A stretch of 57,100 bases of DNA, the filler included, from Jimgerdemannia flammicorona (lineage: Eukaryota): the NCBI GenBank assembly GCA_003990765.1. It is 4 parts of 4 records of this genome, joined end to end, with 100 filler letters (N's around TTAATTAATTAA, not from the genome) between each part and the next. Parts side by side here need not be neighbours in the genome. Positions count along the whole stretch, not along the records: positions 18,288 to 36,474 come from RBNJ01002273.1; 3 more parts are not named here. The stretch is one strand, 5' to 3'. The position numbers and the translations under genes were made by a program. Each line of letters opens with the position of its first letter. The first letter of the stretch is position 1. Below, one piece after another: positions 24,786 through 35,434 of the stretch. Under the pieces are notes generated by a model, which was not told the DNA's origin, did not search any database, and saw only the letters and a list, made by a program, of their open reading frames with translations.

Positions 24786-27700
24786 TTCATTTGTAGTAAG
24801 TCTTTGAGCTATTTTAGAATTGGTGGGTCTTGTTGGTTGCTACTACTGTGATTTCTTAATCCTTCTTTTATATTCCTCAAGATATCTGAACTGTGGTCAC
24901 AATGACTCACAGTTGGTCATCATTGCTCATCTCATATACTGTATGATCTTCTTGTATTCTGATCTGGTGGCTTATAAGAAAAGGCTGTCTCTTGTGCTGA
25001 TATCATTATTCTGGGGTCACCATTACATCTTCCTCCTGAATAAGAATCTTCTCAAGTGTCCTTATTTATTAGTCTAGTCTTGAAAAATTTGCTGATCCCA
25101 TAACCTCTGACAAGGGGTCGAAAAGTAGTATTTATAGACTGGTATCTTCTCTATATATTTTGGTATAATAGTGAAGAGTCACTCCCTTCATATAGAGTAA
25201 GGGTCTGATTCTGATCTTGACCAATCAGTTGACAGTTTGAACTTCTCTAGCTTTGAAAGTCTCATGGATGAGTAGTTGCTAGTACTGTATCCCTTAGAGA
25301 ATGGTCCAGACAGATAGTCTGCTGGTTATAGAACATACTGTTATGATTTATAGACTAGAACCTCATGAGTGGTTATTACATTTTGCTTCTCTTATATAGG
25401 TTTGTGGTACTTCTTGAGTCTATTCCTATACACCATGGTAGGTAGTATGGTCTCTGAGATTTTTCTAAGCCAGAAGGTAGTTTTCTTGATATCTTGTATA
25501 TAGAAGGGTTCTTCCCATTTGGGCTCCAGTTTTTGTGACCATGAGGCTTCTACTATATTTCGATATAGTAGGACCTTTTCTCTAATTTGGATGGATTCTA
25601 GGGTCTTGTGATTCTTTTCTGCATTCTTCCTTATCAGTGCTTGTGACTTGATGATATAATCTTCAGCCTTCTTCCTGATTTGGTGTAGTCTCTAGATTTC
25701 TGCATTGACCTGTCTTCAAGTTAGATCTAGATTTGTGACTGAGATTCCATCAGAATCTTCTTCTCTAAAGAGCAGTTCCCTTGGGATAAAGTGTGTGCTC
25801 TGTGACAATATGTCTCATAAAACAGAGAGGGCAGTTGGGAGATAATTATCCCAATTCTCATATGTCTCTGAGATCTTTGCCAGGATGTTTTTGAGGGGTT
25901 TGTTGGTTCTCTCTATCTGTCCATTTTCTTGAGAGTGGTATGTAGTGGTCTTGATGTGCTGGATCTTATATTTCTGATATATTATCTTATAGAATCTATT
26001 GACAAATTCTATGCCATGGTCTGTTGTGATTTGCTTCAGTGTCTTGTAGTGGCAGATGATTTCTCAGTATAGGAAGTTAGCTATAGAGAGGGCATTGGCT
26101 TCTTGTAATACTCCTGCTTCCATCCATTTGGTAAAGAGGTCTATAATAACTATAATATAACAGTTTTCTGATAGTGTTACTGGTAGTAGTCCAATGATAT
26201 TCATTGCAATGTGGTGGAAGAGGATAGGCTCAATTCTTGATAACTCAGATACCTGGTATTGCTGATCTTATTTCTGTTTTTGGCACTTGTCACACCCTTT
26301 GACAAATTGGTATAGGTCTTCTTCCATCTTAGGCCACCACATGGTTCTTCTTGTCTTGTTATATGTATTGATTCCTCCTAGATATCCTTACTTGTGTACT
26401 TCCTTCATTACTTGATACTTTTTGTGTTTGGATATTACTAGTTTTTCTTCTTTTCTGAGTGTAGTGTTGTCTAGTTCAAACTGTTTCCAAGTTCAGTTGA
26501 TGATGGTGATTGTCCAGGGTTCAAGGTGGTTGGGCATCTTCTGCTGCCCAAGATAGCTGATTAATCCATAGTATAACTCCTTATTCATGTTAAGTAATCT
26601 TGATAGGAGTGTTTTGGAGTATTCTTGAGAGTGCATCAGCATTGGTGTTGGTTCTTCCTGAGTAGTGCTTGACAGTACAGTCATACTCTTACAACCTGTA
26701 GATCCATCTGGTATATATTCCTTTGGGGTTCAGAGTGTGGAATAGCCAGGCAAGAGTAGAATAGTCTATTTGAATGGTGAAGTATTTCCTGGCTAGGTAG
26801 TAGTAGAACTTGTCTACTGCCCAAACTACTGCTAAGCATTTGAGCTTACATGACTCATAGTTCTGTTCTGCTCTGTGGGTACCTCAGCTTGTATAGGAGA
26901 TAACATATTCATATCTATCTTTCTTCTGAGCTAGGACTGCTCCAAGTCCTATAGTACTCGCATCTATCTGCAGGATGAATTCTAGATTCCAATCTGGTCT
27001 TCTGAGGATAGGTACTTGGGTCAATCTGATCTTGAGTTCATTGAAGGTTTTTTGGCATTCCTTGGTCCATTCGAATTTGGTTTCCTTCTTCAGTAGCTCA
27101 TAGATAGATACTGCAATATTGGAGTATCCTTTGATAAATCTTCTGTAGTAGCTGGCCAGTCCAAGGAAGGCATGGACTTCTGTGGTCATTCTGGGTCTCA
27201 GGTAGGCTACAATAGCCTTAATCTTCATAGAGTCTGTGTGGATTCTGGTCTGATTGATGAGGTATCCTAGATAGGCAATTTCTTGAGTTACAAACTTGCA
27301 TTTCTTGGGCTTGATGTAAAGGCCATACTCCTTGAGCTTCTTGAGGGCTAGCTGTATATGATTGATATGTTCTCATGCAGTATTGCTGAAGATAATCACA
27401 TTATTAATATAGACAAAGAGCTATTTTCCAATCTCATTGCTGAAGGCTCTGTTCATCATTCACTGGAAACTTGCTGGGGTATTATACATTCCAAATAGCA
27501 TTTGTAGGTAGATATAGGTGGTATCAGGTATGATGAAGGCTGATTTCTCACTAGCATCTTGAGTGAGACTAATCTGATGGAAGCCTGAGAACAGATCCAA
27601 GGTGGTATAGTATTTGGCTTCACTTTTAAGGGTGGTAAGGATTTCTTGAATATTTGGCAAGGGCTGCCTATCCTTCTTGGTAATGGCATTGAGCTTTCTA

Positions 27701-28084
27701 TAGTTAATGCAGAGTCTTGGTACAAACTCTCTAGGCTTGCTTCCTTTCTTTGGGGCAAGGACAATGGATAAAGCCCAGAGACTGATAGCTTGCTTAATAA
27801 TTCTAGCTTCTTCCATTTCCTTGAGTTCTGCTTGCAGCCATTCTCTGTAGACAGGTGGTATGGATCTGACTTTCTGATAGATGGGCTTGGTATCACCAGT
27901 GTCAACTTCATAATAGTACTTGGGTTCTTGATTGTAGATATCCCTGAAGTCTATAGCAAGTACTCCTTCATTCTGGTACAGAATCTTGAGAAGTTATTCT
28001 TCCAGAGGAAAGTTTTTTCCAATAGTATATGTGTGCTTGTTCTGGTCCTTATCTTTCTTGTGCTCAAGTTCAGTAATTTTGATA

Positions 28085-28520
28085 GTAGCATAGGCTCCTC
28101 TTCCAGTAGATCCAAAGTCTTATTCTCCTCTCTTAGTCTTGATGAGTTTGATGGCTTCAGTGATCTTGGGTTTCTTGATTTCATGGATCAGCATCTGGCC
28201 AATCCTATCATGCTTCTTGACTTTAAATGGAGTGGTGAGGTTGTAATTCCTGACTATGAGAAAGATCTTACCAATATAATCAGGGTCAATTACTTCTCCT
28301 TTAACTGAGATTTCACTTTTGGCCAGACTGCTTCTAGTCTTGATAATTCCAGCATAGTTCTCTGACAGCTTGACTTCAATTCCAGTGCCAAGTAGGGTGG
28401 TGATCTGTGGTTCAAGGGTAGTATCTTGAATGCTGGCAAGGTCCATTCCTATAGCTCCTTCAGTCTTGTATTCTAGGGTCTTGGCTTTAGGATGGAACTT
28501 CTTGACCTTAAGAGTGATAT
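28085..28520 (-). pseudogene. dut: dUTPase domain in pol of element A, between PR and RT
   Basis: All five trimeric dUTPase motifs: AIGMDL, KTRSSLA, VIDPDY.G, DRIGQM and TKRGE*DFGST. Confidence 0.92.
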
Positions 28521-30473
28521 CTAGTTCTTGTTCTTTATCATTATCACTGTCAGCTTGAAGCTCTGGGGGCTGGTCATCTTCTTCAGCTTTCCTTTTTGCT
28601 TTAGCAGTTTCTTGCTCATGTTTCTATTAGTGGATTTTCCTGACTTCACTGATACAGGACCAGCAGTCATTCAGGTGTTTAGAGTAGTACATCCTAGTAC
28701 CATAGGGGCATCTTCCTTGAGGGGCATAGCCATCGATAATCTTGTTGTACCACTGCTCATCTGTGAGCTTGGGTGTCTTGTTCTTGTTCTTGTTCTTGTT
28801 CTTGTTCATATTCTTATTCACTGAGTGCATGAAGACCTCTATGTCCTCTTTATCTCCTTTCTTCATATCTGGTAGGACTCCTTTGTAGACATTGATAGAG
28901 ACTTGTACCTTTCTTCCTCTATAGTTAATCTGCATCTTCTGGACATTGAGGTCAATGATGGCCTTGGCCTTATAAAGCCATTGGTTGTCAATGAGGATGT
29001 TATAGTTAGTGGTGCTTGTAACAATTACATCTACTGGGATTATAGCTCCTCTTATCTTGATGGAGACTTCTTGGATTTTGCTAAGGGGGATAGCTTGTAT
29101 ACCATCTGCTATATCTTGGTAGACTCTTCAATGTCCCAACCTAGGCAGTCAATTGTCTTCTTGCTTATGAGGCATCCTCCAGCACTGGTATCAATGATGG
29201 CATCAAAGATACAGTCTTCAATCTGATATGGGGTATAGACTGATGTCTTGCACTGGTCTTCAGATTCTTTATCTGAGTTTTCAGATTCTTCCTGTGCATT
29301 GTGAGCTTCTACAATCTTGTACTCTTGATTCTTGGCAGTAGTTGCAAGTCCTACTCTCAACTGCTGTCTGAAGGCAGGAACTTCAGCTAGCTGTCCAAAA
29401 GTAGCATTGACCTTCTATTCCTTGAGGTCCTTGTAGATATCATACTGATGGATCTTGGTCTTGCACAGCTTCTGTTCCTTCTTGCTTTCACTTTCTCCTG
29501 AGACTGGAGTAGTATTTTCAATGATTTGGCAGGTAGCTTCATCTAACTCTATGTCTTGATAAATCTCCTTAGGTTGAGTCTTACTTTGAATAGTGATAGC
29601 TGTAATCTTCTTTGGTCTTCCAACTGGCTTACTATTGCTCTTCTTATCATAGAGCTTGGACTGGGTTCTGGTATCTTCAGTAGTAGAGTAGAATTCAAGC
29701 TTCTCATAGTATTCTTCATCATCAGTATTACCAATCTCCTCAATGACTACTACATTAGTTTATTCTCTGGTTCTGCTAGCATTGCTTGGTTGGGCTTTGC
29801 ATCTTGTTTTGGTTATGCAATTCTTTGTATAGTGGTCTTTTTCTTTATATCTGAAGCATGTGATATTGCATTCTTTTGTAGCAACTGTAAATCTCTGCAC
29901 TGGTCTCCTGTTGGTACTTCAGACTTCTCTAACAACATCATCAAGGTGTGTAGTCATCTCAGTAAACTGCTTGGTAAGTTCCTCCACTGGGTTGGCTTTG
30001 GCTGTCTTAGGGATAGGTGGGATTGATTGTCTGTTTACAACTATAGCAAGTATGATACTAGTTGGCTTTGATGGCTCTATCTTAATACCAGTTATTTTCT
30101 CCATTGAGTGTTCAGCAGGGTGTCTAGTAGTTCAATATATCTGTGTAAAGACCACTTTCTGATCAAGGGTTAGTACAGCTAGAGTAAACTGGATTGTTAG
30201 GGTAATTTCAGAGTGAACTCCTTTGAGGAAGGTTGAATCTACTATATGTTCCTTGAGGGCATCATCATAGCCAGCCAAGATAATCTAGTAGCAGATTTGG
30301 GTATAGAATGAGTTGGGATCTTCACTAAGTCTCTGACAGATAGTATTGAGTTGATCCTTGAGAGCTTGTTTGATCTCTTCAATATAGTATGTTGTTCTGA
30401 GAAAGGCCTTCATATTGGCAAGTTTGGCTGTATCATTATTAACAATAGTGGCTATATTGAACTTATCTCTGGC

Positions 30474-31723
30474 TTGGGTGGTGAAGAGGCTGACAAAGGT
30501 GGCTAGGGATTGGATTTGGACAGGGAGGAGGTCCCAGATCAGTTGGGACACTCTTGTAAAACCAGTGGTCAGGGGAGGTCTTGGCCTTGTGGATTCCCTA
30601 AGAGATTGCACTGCTTGTAAGCCTGGTGGTTGAAGAGAGTGGCTGAACTGCAAGGAGGGGGTTGGGTATCTCTATTACAGAAGGTGTGGGAGATGAGGAC
30701 CTCCCCCTGAGGGTCCTCAGGAGATCTGCTCTCTTTGGTAGGGCTCAATGGAATCTGGAGGCTGAGGTTTAAGGGCTTTTGGTGGGGAGTAGTTGATGGG
30801 GCGCACAGGATTGGTCTGTACTGGCAAGGCAATGAGGGGGAGGTATTGTGGGGACCTAGTATGTGGCGATGGGATAGACTGCTACTGGGGGGTACACTAC
30901 TTGCTGCTTTCGATATTGGGGATGGAGTGGAGTGTCAGCAGGGTCTTGGCCAGGATCTTTGGCCAAGCAGTTGGCAGGCAGTTGGGATCAGCGAGGAGTG
31001 GAACTGAGCAGGTATCTGGTCTTGGAGTGCTGAGGTATGGCAGTGGCTTCCCCCCAAGTTCTGGGTGGTGTGGTGGTGAATGCTGCAGAGGAATTTCATG
31101 CTGAATTTCCACACTGGGCATCTGGTAGATAGTGGCTGTTTCAATTGTGAGGAGTGTTACAATGTAGGGCAAGCTGGGGGTTTAGTGCAGATACCAGAAC
31201 ATTGGCTGGGAGAGTGTGAGGTTTTGGGGGACTTTTGGGTTAAAATAGGGAATAGACTGGGTGTGGAGCACAGGCCAGTAGGTGAGGGGGATCGCTGGGA
31301 GGACTTGAGATCTCAGCTAGTGGGGGGGGGTGAGTGATAGTTGGCTCACTATTGGGTGGGTGTTAGCAGTTTGGGTAGGATTGGCAGGACATTGGCTATT
31401 TGTGTTTGAGGAGAGGTGGCAGATGGGACTACAGGAGAAGGTTTTAAGGTGGGAGGAGCTGTTGGGGGATCTGATGACTGGATGGTGGATAGGTTGGAGT
31501 TCTTCAGGGGGGCAACAGTGAGGTTTGGTGGCAAGGATATGCAAACAGAGTGGTGGGAGGGTGGGAATTATATTCGATAGAGTGGTGTTTTATTGAGAAA
31601 AGGTAGGGAAGAGGGGCCCCCCTAGGGAGATTGGATAGGGGGTGGGTTCACTATACTTATATGAGATAGATGGGCATAATAAAGGAAGAGTTCAAGTGAC
31701 TATAAAAAAAAAAAAAAAAAAAA
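30474..31723 (+). mobile_element. 5'-truncated L1/Tx1-like LINE inserted in gag of element A
   Basis: ORF2 C-terminal remnant (GGLGLVD; C..C..EH...EC), AATAAA and poly(A) at ~31703-31723. A 15-bp TSD GAACTTATCTCTGGC lies at 30459-30473 and 31724-31738. Confidence 0.92.
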
Positions 31724-32005
31724 GAACTTATCTCTGGCAGGTTCTCTGAGGCTAACTGGTAGAAGGGCTAATTGTACATCTATACCAAGAGCTCATATGG
31801 TAGCAAATTGTTCAAAGTCTTCAATGAAGGTCAAGATTGACTCTTAAGTAGTATATCTATAAAATGTGGGGGGATACATTTCCATCTTATCTTGAATTCT
31901 TACAGAGGTGACTCTTGTAGTCAGAGTAGTTGTTGTGGGAGTTGTTCATTTTTTAGCTTGAAAGTGAGGGATTTGTCTTGAATCACCAGCCAATAGGTAC
32001 CAAGT

Positions 32006-33570
32006 TGTCATATAGTAGTCACTGAGTCCTTCAAATATGCCAGATTCTCTTCAAGATATATCTCTTAGACTAACTCAAGTTTGTTATAAGCAAGTTCTTA
32101 TTGGAGTACCTTCCCAAGGTCTTATAGTCCTCAAATTTCTTATCTTTAAACTATCTTGTTATCTTTTAGATTACTTGCAAGAAAGTGTATATATTGTACT
32201 AAGTAGACTAAATAGACTAACTTTATTTCAGAGGAAATAAGAGGAGTATTTATACAAAATATAATTCAATGGTTGCTAAGATATAAAGCTAAAAATAAAT
32301 TTCAATAACTAAAATAAAATGCCAGGACAGAAAAAACTACTAAGTTCCAGAGTTGGCACTGATGGTTATATAGGTTCAGAATGCTGGTATAATTCAGTAT
32401 TACATCAGAATACTGGTGCTGGCATAACTCAGTATTACATCAGAATGCTGGTGCTGGTATAACTCAGTGTTATATCAGAATACCAATACTGGCATAACTC
32501 AGTGTAATCAAAGAACTTCAGAGCAGAATGTTCAAGATCATAGGGGCTTCATCCTCATTGTTACTAAAGGAGATGAGATCTGTGAATTTGTCATTGTTAT
32601 ACATTTTGCATGCTTCAATGTCATGTGGGATGACATTATTACTAATGACATCATCATATTCAGCAGTGGTGAGAAGGAGGTCTGGGACTCTCCAGTCTAT
32701 GAGGTTCTCTTCCACAAAATAGGGGACAAATGTGGGGTCTTGGGGAGGTCTAACTTGGATGCTTGGGCCTTGGAATACTGAGATCAATCCTTGCAGAAAT
32801 TGGTCTGGGTTGTTCTGGAGGATGGGATGCCAGAAGTCTTCTACTTCATCACTATTGAGAGTGATAGTAGACTGGACTTCTGTAGCTACTCTGATTTCTA
32901 GTGTATTGATACAGTGGGATGACAGGTCTATGAAATCTGAGACTCTAACATACTCCAAGTTGGGGATTGACCATAGTATATGCCTGAAGATCTGATGGAT
33001 CTTCTTAGCTGTTCTTGCTTCACATATATTCATAGGAGTGATATCTTGTAACTTTTGAGGGCTGGTCTGTGGGAACTCCTAGCAGAGGAGGTTTCCTATT
33101 TCATACTCCTACTATATTTAGAGGCATTTGTTAGCAATAGTGATCCTTGTTTCTATTTTATAGTAGTAGAGGATACATATAATGATAAGAGTCACTAGTA
33201 TCTAGGTTGACACTAGGAGTCCTTTTTGGGGGGGTCCTCATAGCTCTTCTAATGTCTTGGAATATCCTTTCTTTGACTGAGATGCCTTGGTGGTTTCTTG
33301 ATCTTGAGATTTGGTGAGCAGCAGACATTTCATTTGTGGTAAGTCTTTGAGCTATTTTGGGATTAGTGGGTCTTGTTGATTACTGCTACTGTGGTTCCAT
33401 AATCCTTCTTTTATATTCCTCAAGATATCTGAACTATGGTCACAATGACTCACAGTTGGTTATTATTACTCATCTCATATGCTATATAATCTTCTTGTGC
33501 TCTGATCTGATAGCTCATAAGGAAAGGCTGTCTCCTGTGCTGATGTCATCATTCTGAGATCACCATTACA
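32006..33570 (-). repeat. 5' LTR of element A
   Basis: Colinear with 23467-25027, with the PBS-like sequence adjacent at ~31990-32002. Confidence 0.95.
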
Positions 33571-33956
33571 ATAACTACTATACTTACAATACTGTTCTTC
33601 TCAGTACCTTCATGGGCCATCAGTTTGGCTGATGGTGATTAGACATTATCCATGAGTAGTTAATGAAATCTGATGACATCTTAACTACTCTCTAGACCTA
33701 TAATATTTGGCCTTCTTTACTATAGACAAGGGTGGATCTAGGAAGCATATATATTATCTAGCCAAAACTCAATACTTGCCTTGTTACTTGCTTTGATGTT
33801 CATTTTTCTTTTTTTTTTACTTCTCTCTCTTCACTTTATCTTCCTTACTTATATTTATACATTCAGTATACCTCTCCCCTCTAGTTTCCCTTTTTTGGCA
33901 GTACCTATCTATAGTATACTCAGAGACATTATCAGAGTTATGAATGTAGTTCAAAC

Positions 33957-34100
33957 TAGTGCTCCCAAATGAATCAAATATATTCAAATTAAATTGAATT
34001 GAGATTGATTCGAATCGAATAGAAATGGAGATTTTCATATTCAAATTGAATTCGAATCAAATCAAATTTGAATCAAATTGAATTAGAAGTTCGATCAAGG
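33957..34100 (+). mobile_element. Decayed hAT-like DNA transposon terminus with GAATC-type subterminal repeats
   Basis: TAGTGCTCCCAAATGAATC resembles TAGTGCTCCGAACGAGTC at 54323 and is followed by repeated (T/C)GAAT(C/T) motifs. Confidence 0.5.
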
Positions 34101-34126
34101 GTCTCAATTTATCACACTTAACACAT

Positions 34127-34280
34127 GCTACAAAAATTTTTATTGCCAAGTAACCAAAATTCTTTTTATTGTCTACCCCCCTATGCCTATAATAGTCTAC
34201 TTCCTACAAAAATTTTATTACCAAGTAACTGAAATTCTTTTTATTATCTATCCTCCTGTGCCTGCAATGGTCTACTTCCT
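34127..34280. repeat. ~77-bp tandem duplication
   Basis: CTACAAAAATTTT(T)ATT.CCAAGTAAC..AAATTCTTTTTATT...TCTACTTCC occurs twice. Confidence 0.8.
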
Positions 34281-35039
34281 GCGATGCCTGGCTACAGCTG
34301 CCATCTGCTGAGCATTGTTATATGGTCATTTTTCAAGAGGAAGATTTGGAGTCAATGGGTTTAACTTTTGGCAAATTTTGGATAAGGTACTGCATGTCTT
34401 TCCATACTGCCAGTAATTGAAGCAGCTTGTGCAAGGCTTGCCTCTTGGCCTTCTTAGAGTAGTGGTGGCCTTAGTGGTATCGGCGGCCTTGGCGGCATCA
34501 GCAGTCTTGGTGGCATTGGCAGCCTTGTTGGTGGCCTCGTTGGCAGCCTCATTGGTAGCCTTGTCAGTGGCCTCATCATCTTGAATGGTAAGGATGGTGT
34601 TATCATCTTGAATTGTGGTCTCATCTTGAATTTCTTGAATAATGGTCTCATTGTCATCTTGAATAGTAATGATGGCCTTGTCATCTTGAATAGTAATGAT
34701 GGCCTCATTATCTTGAGTGACCTCATCATCTGTTAAAAGGAGAATAACCTCTTCTCCCTTGCTGCTGCCAGCTGAAAGGAGGATAGCCTCATCTACCTCA
34801 TTGTCATCTGAGTCATCATCATCATCTGAATGGAGGAAGATAGCATCATCTGTTGCCTTGATGAATTCTTTGATGATATCTATAATTTTTCTTTTTTTCC
34901 TTTTACATTAAACTTTGGTGGTGGTTGTTCCTTCTTTGTTTAGCTACATAACGATTCTGCCAATTCGATGATTCATCATTTCAAACACTCCAGAGACAGT
35001 TTCAAGATAAGCATGAAGGTTATTTGTAAGAGTATTCAT
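34270..35039 (-). pseudogene. Decayed ORF with acidic IQDD repeats and a Cys motif, unknown function
   Basis: One frame reads MNTLTNNL..KRKKRK..(I/T)IQDD repeats..DEATDKATNEAANE..KPCTSC...C...C..ARHRRK, with only a few in-frame stops. Confidence 0.5.
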
Positions 35040-35141
35040 TATGAAGGTTATTAGCAAGAGAAATGTTTTTTTTTTTTTTTTCTTTTCTCACTATTAGAGA
35101 CAACTTATTTATACATTTTACCTAATACCATAGCCATAGCC

Positions 35142-35355
35142 ATATCCGAAGTACCATATCTGAAGCTCTTGGCTACATATGTGTTTGAAGCACCACCTAA
35201 CTATATATATTCAAAGTATCACTATATCCGAAGTGCCACCATATCTGAAGCTCTTGGCTACATATGTTCGAAGTGCCACCATATCTTAAGCTCTTGGCTA
35301 TGTATGTTCAAAGCACCACTATATCTGAAGCTCTTGGCTATATATGTTCAAAGTA
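35142..35355. repeat. ~40-bp tandem repeat, about 5 units
   Basis: CATATCTGAAGCTCTTGGCTACATATGTTCGAAGTGCCAC-like units. Confidence 0.85.
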
Positions 35356-35434
35356 TATACTATGCTTAAATCCATTAAGTATTTGCCTCAACATTTGCTC
35401 ACTGTCACTGATAAGAACCAAGAGTGCCAGTGGA

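Larger units (their letters stand above)
23467..25027 (-). repeat. 3' LTR of element A
   Basis: Runs TGTCATATAG...CCATTACA on + and is colinear with 32006-33570. Confidence 0.95.
23467..33570 (-). mobile_element. Full-length Ty3/Gypsy LTR retrotransposon (element A): gag-PR-dUTPase-RT-RNaseH-IN, inactivated
   Basis: Two ~1.56-kb direct repeats with TG...CA ends and ATAA on both flanks (4-bp TSD). A PBS-like TGGTACC follows the 5' LTR and the PPT AGGAGGAAGA precedes the 3' LTR. Motifs: DAIIDTSA, RLCINYRKLN, LDLFSGFHQI, FLGLASYYRRFI, FILQIDAS, and integrase remnants (WWPKM, GPKWE-type). Confidence 0.95.
19464..33929 (-). mobile_element. Degenerate non-LTR retrotransposon with RT and a restriction-like endonuclease (CRE-like), ~4.4 kb once the nested Gypsy is removed
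   Basis: Minus-strand remnants in the expected order: TI*SIA (IRPIA after reverting C-to-T, ~23190), YLTILDC*FTYS (~23000), DILGLDI (~22420), HN*VRD (~20335), EIKVEP and KKPADLLIP (~20230). Flanked by a 29-bp direct repeat at 19435-19463 and 33930-33958. Confidence 0.5.

Noticed and set aside
19435..33958. DIRS/Ngaro tyrosine-recombinase element suggested by the short direct repeats
   Set aside because: No recombinase or RNaseH motifs were found; the remnants fit RT plus RLE better.
35142..35355. CRISPR-like appearance of the tandem arrays (also 23837, 43725 and 54430)
   Set aside because: Units are contiguous with no unique spacers, there are no cas genes, and the context is eukaryotic.
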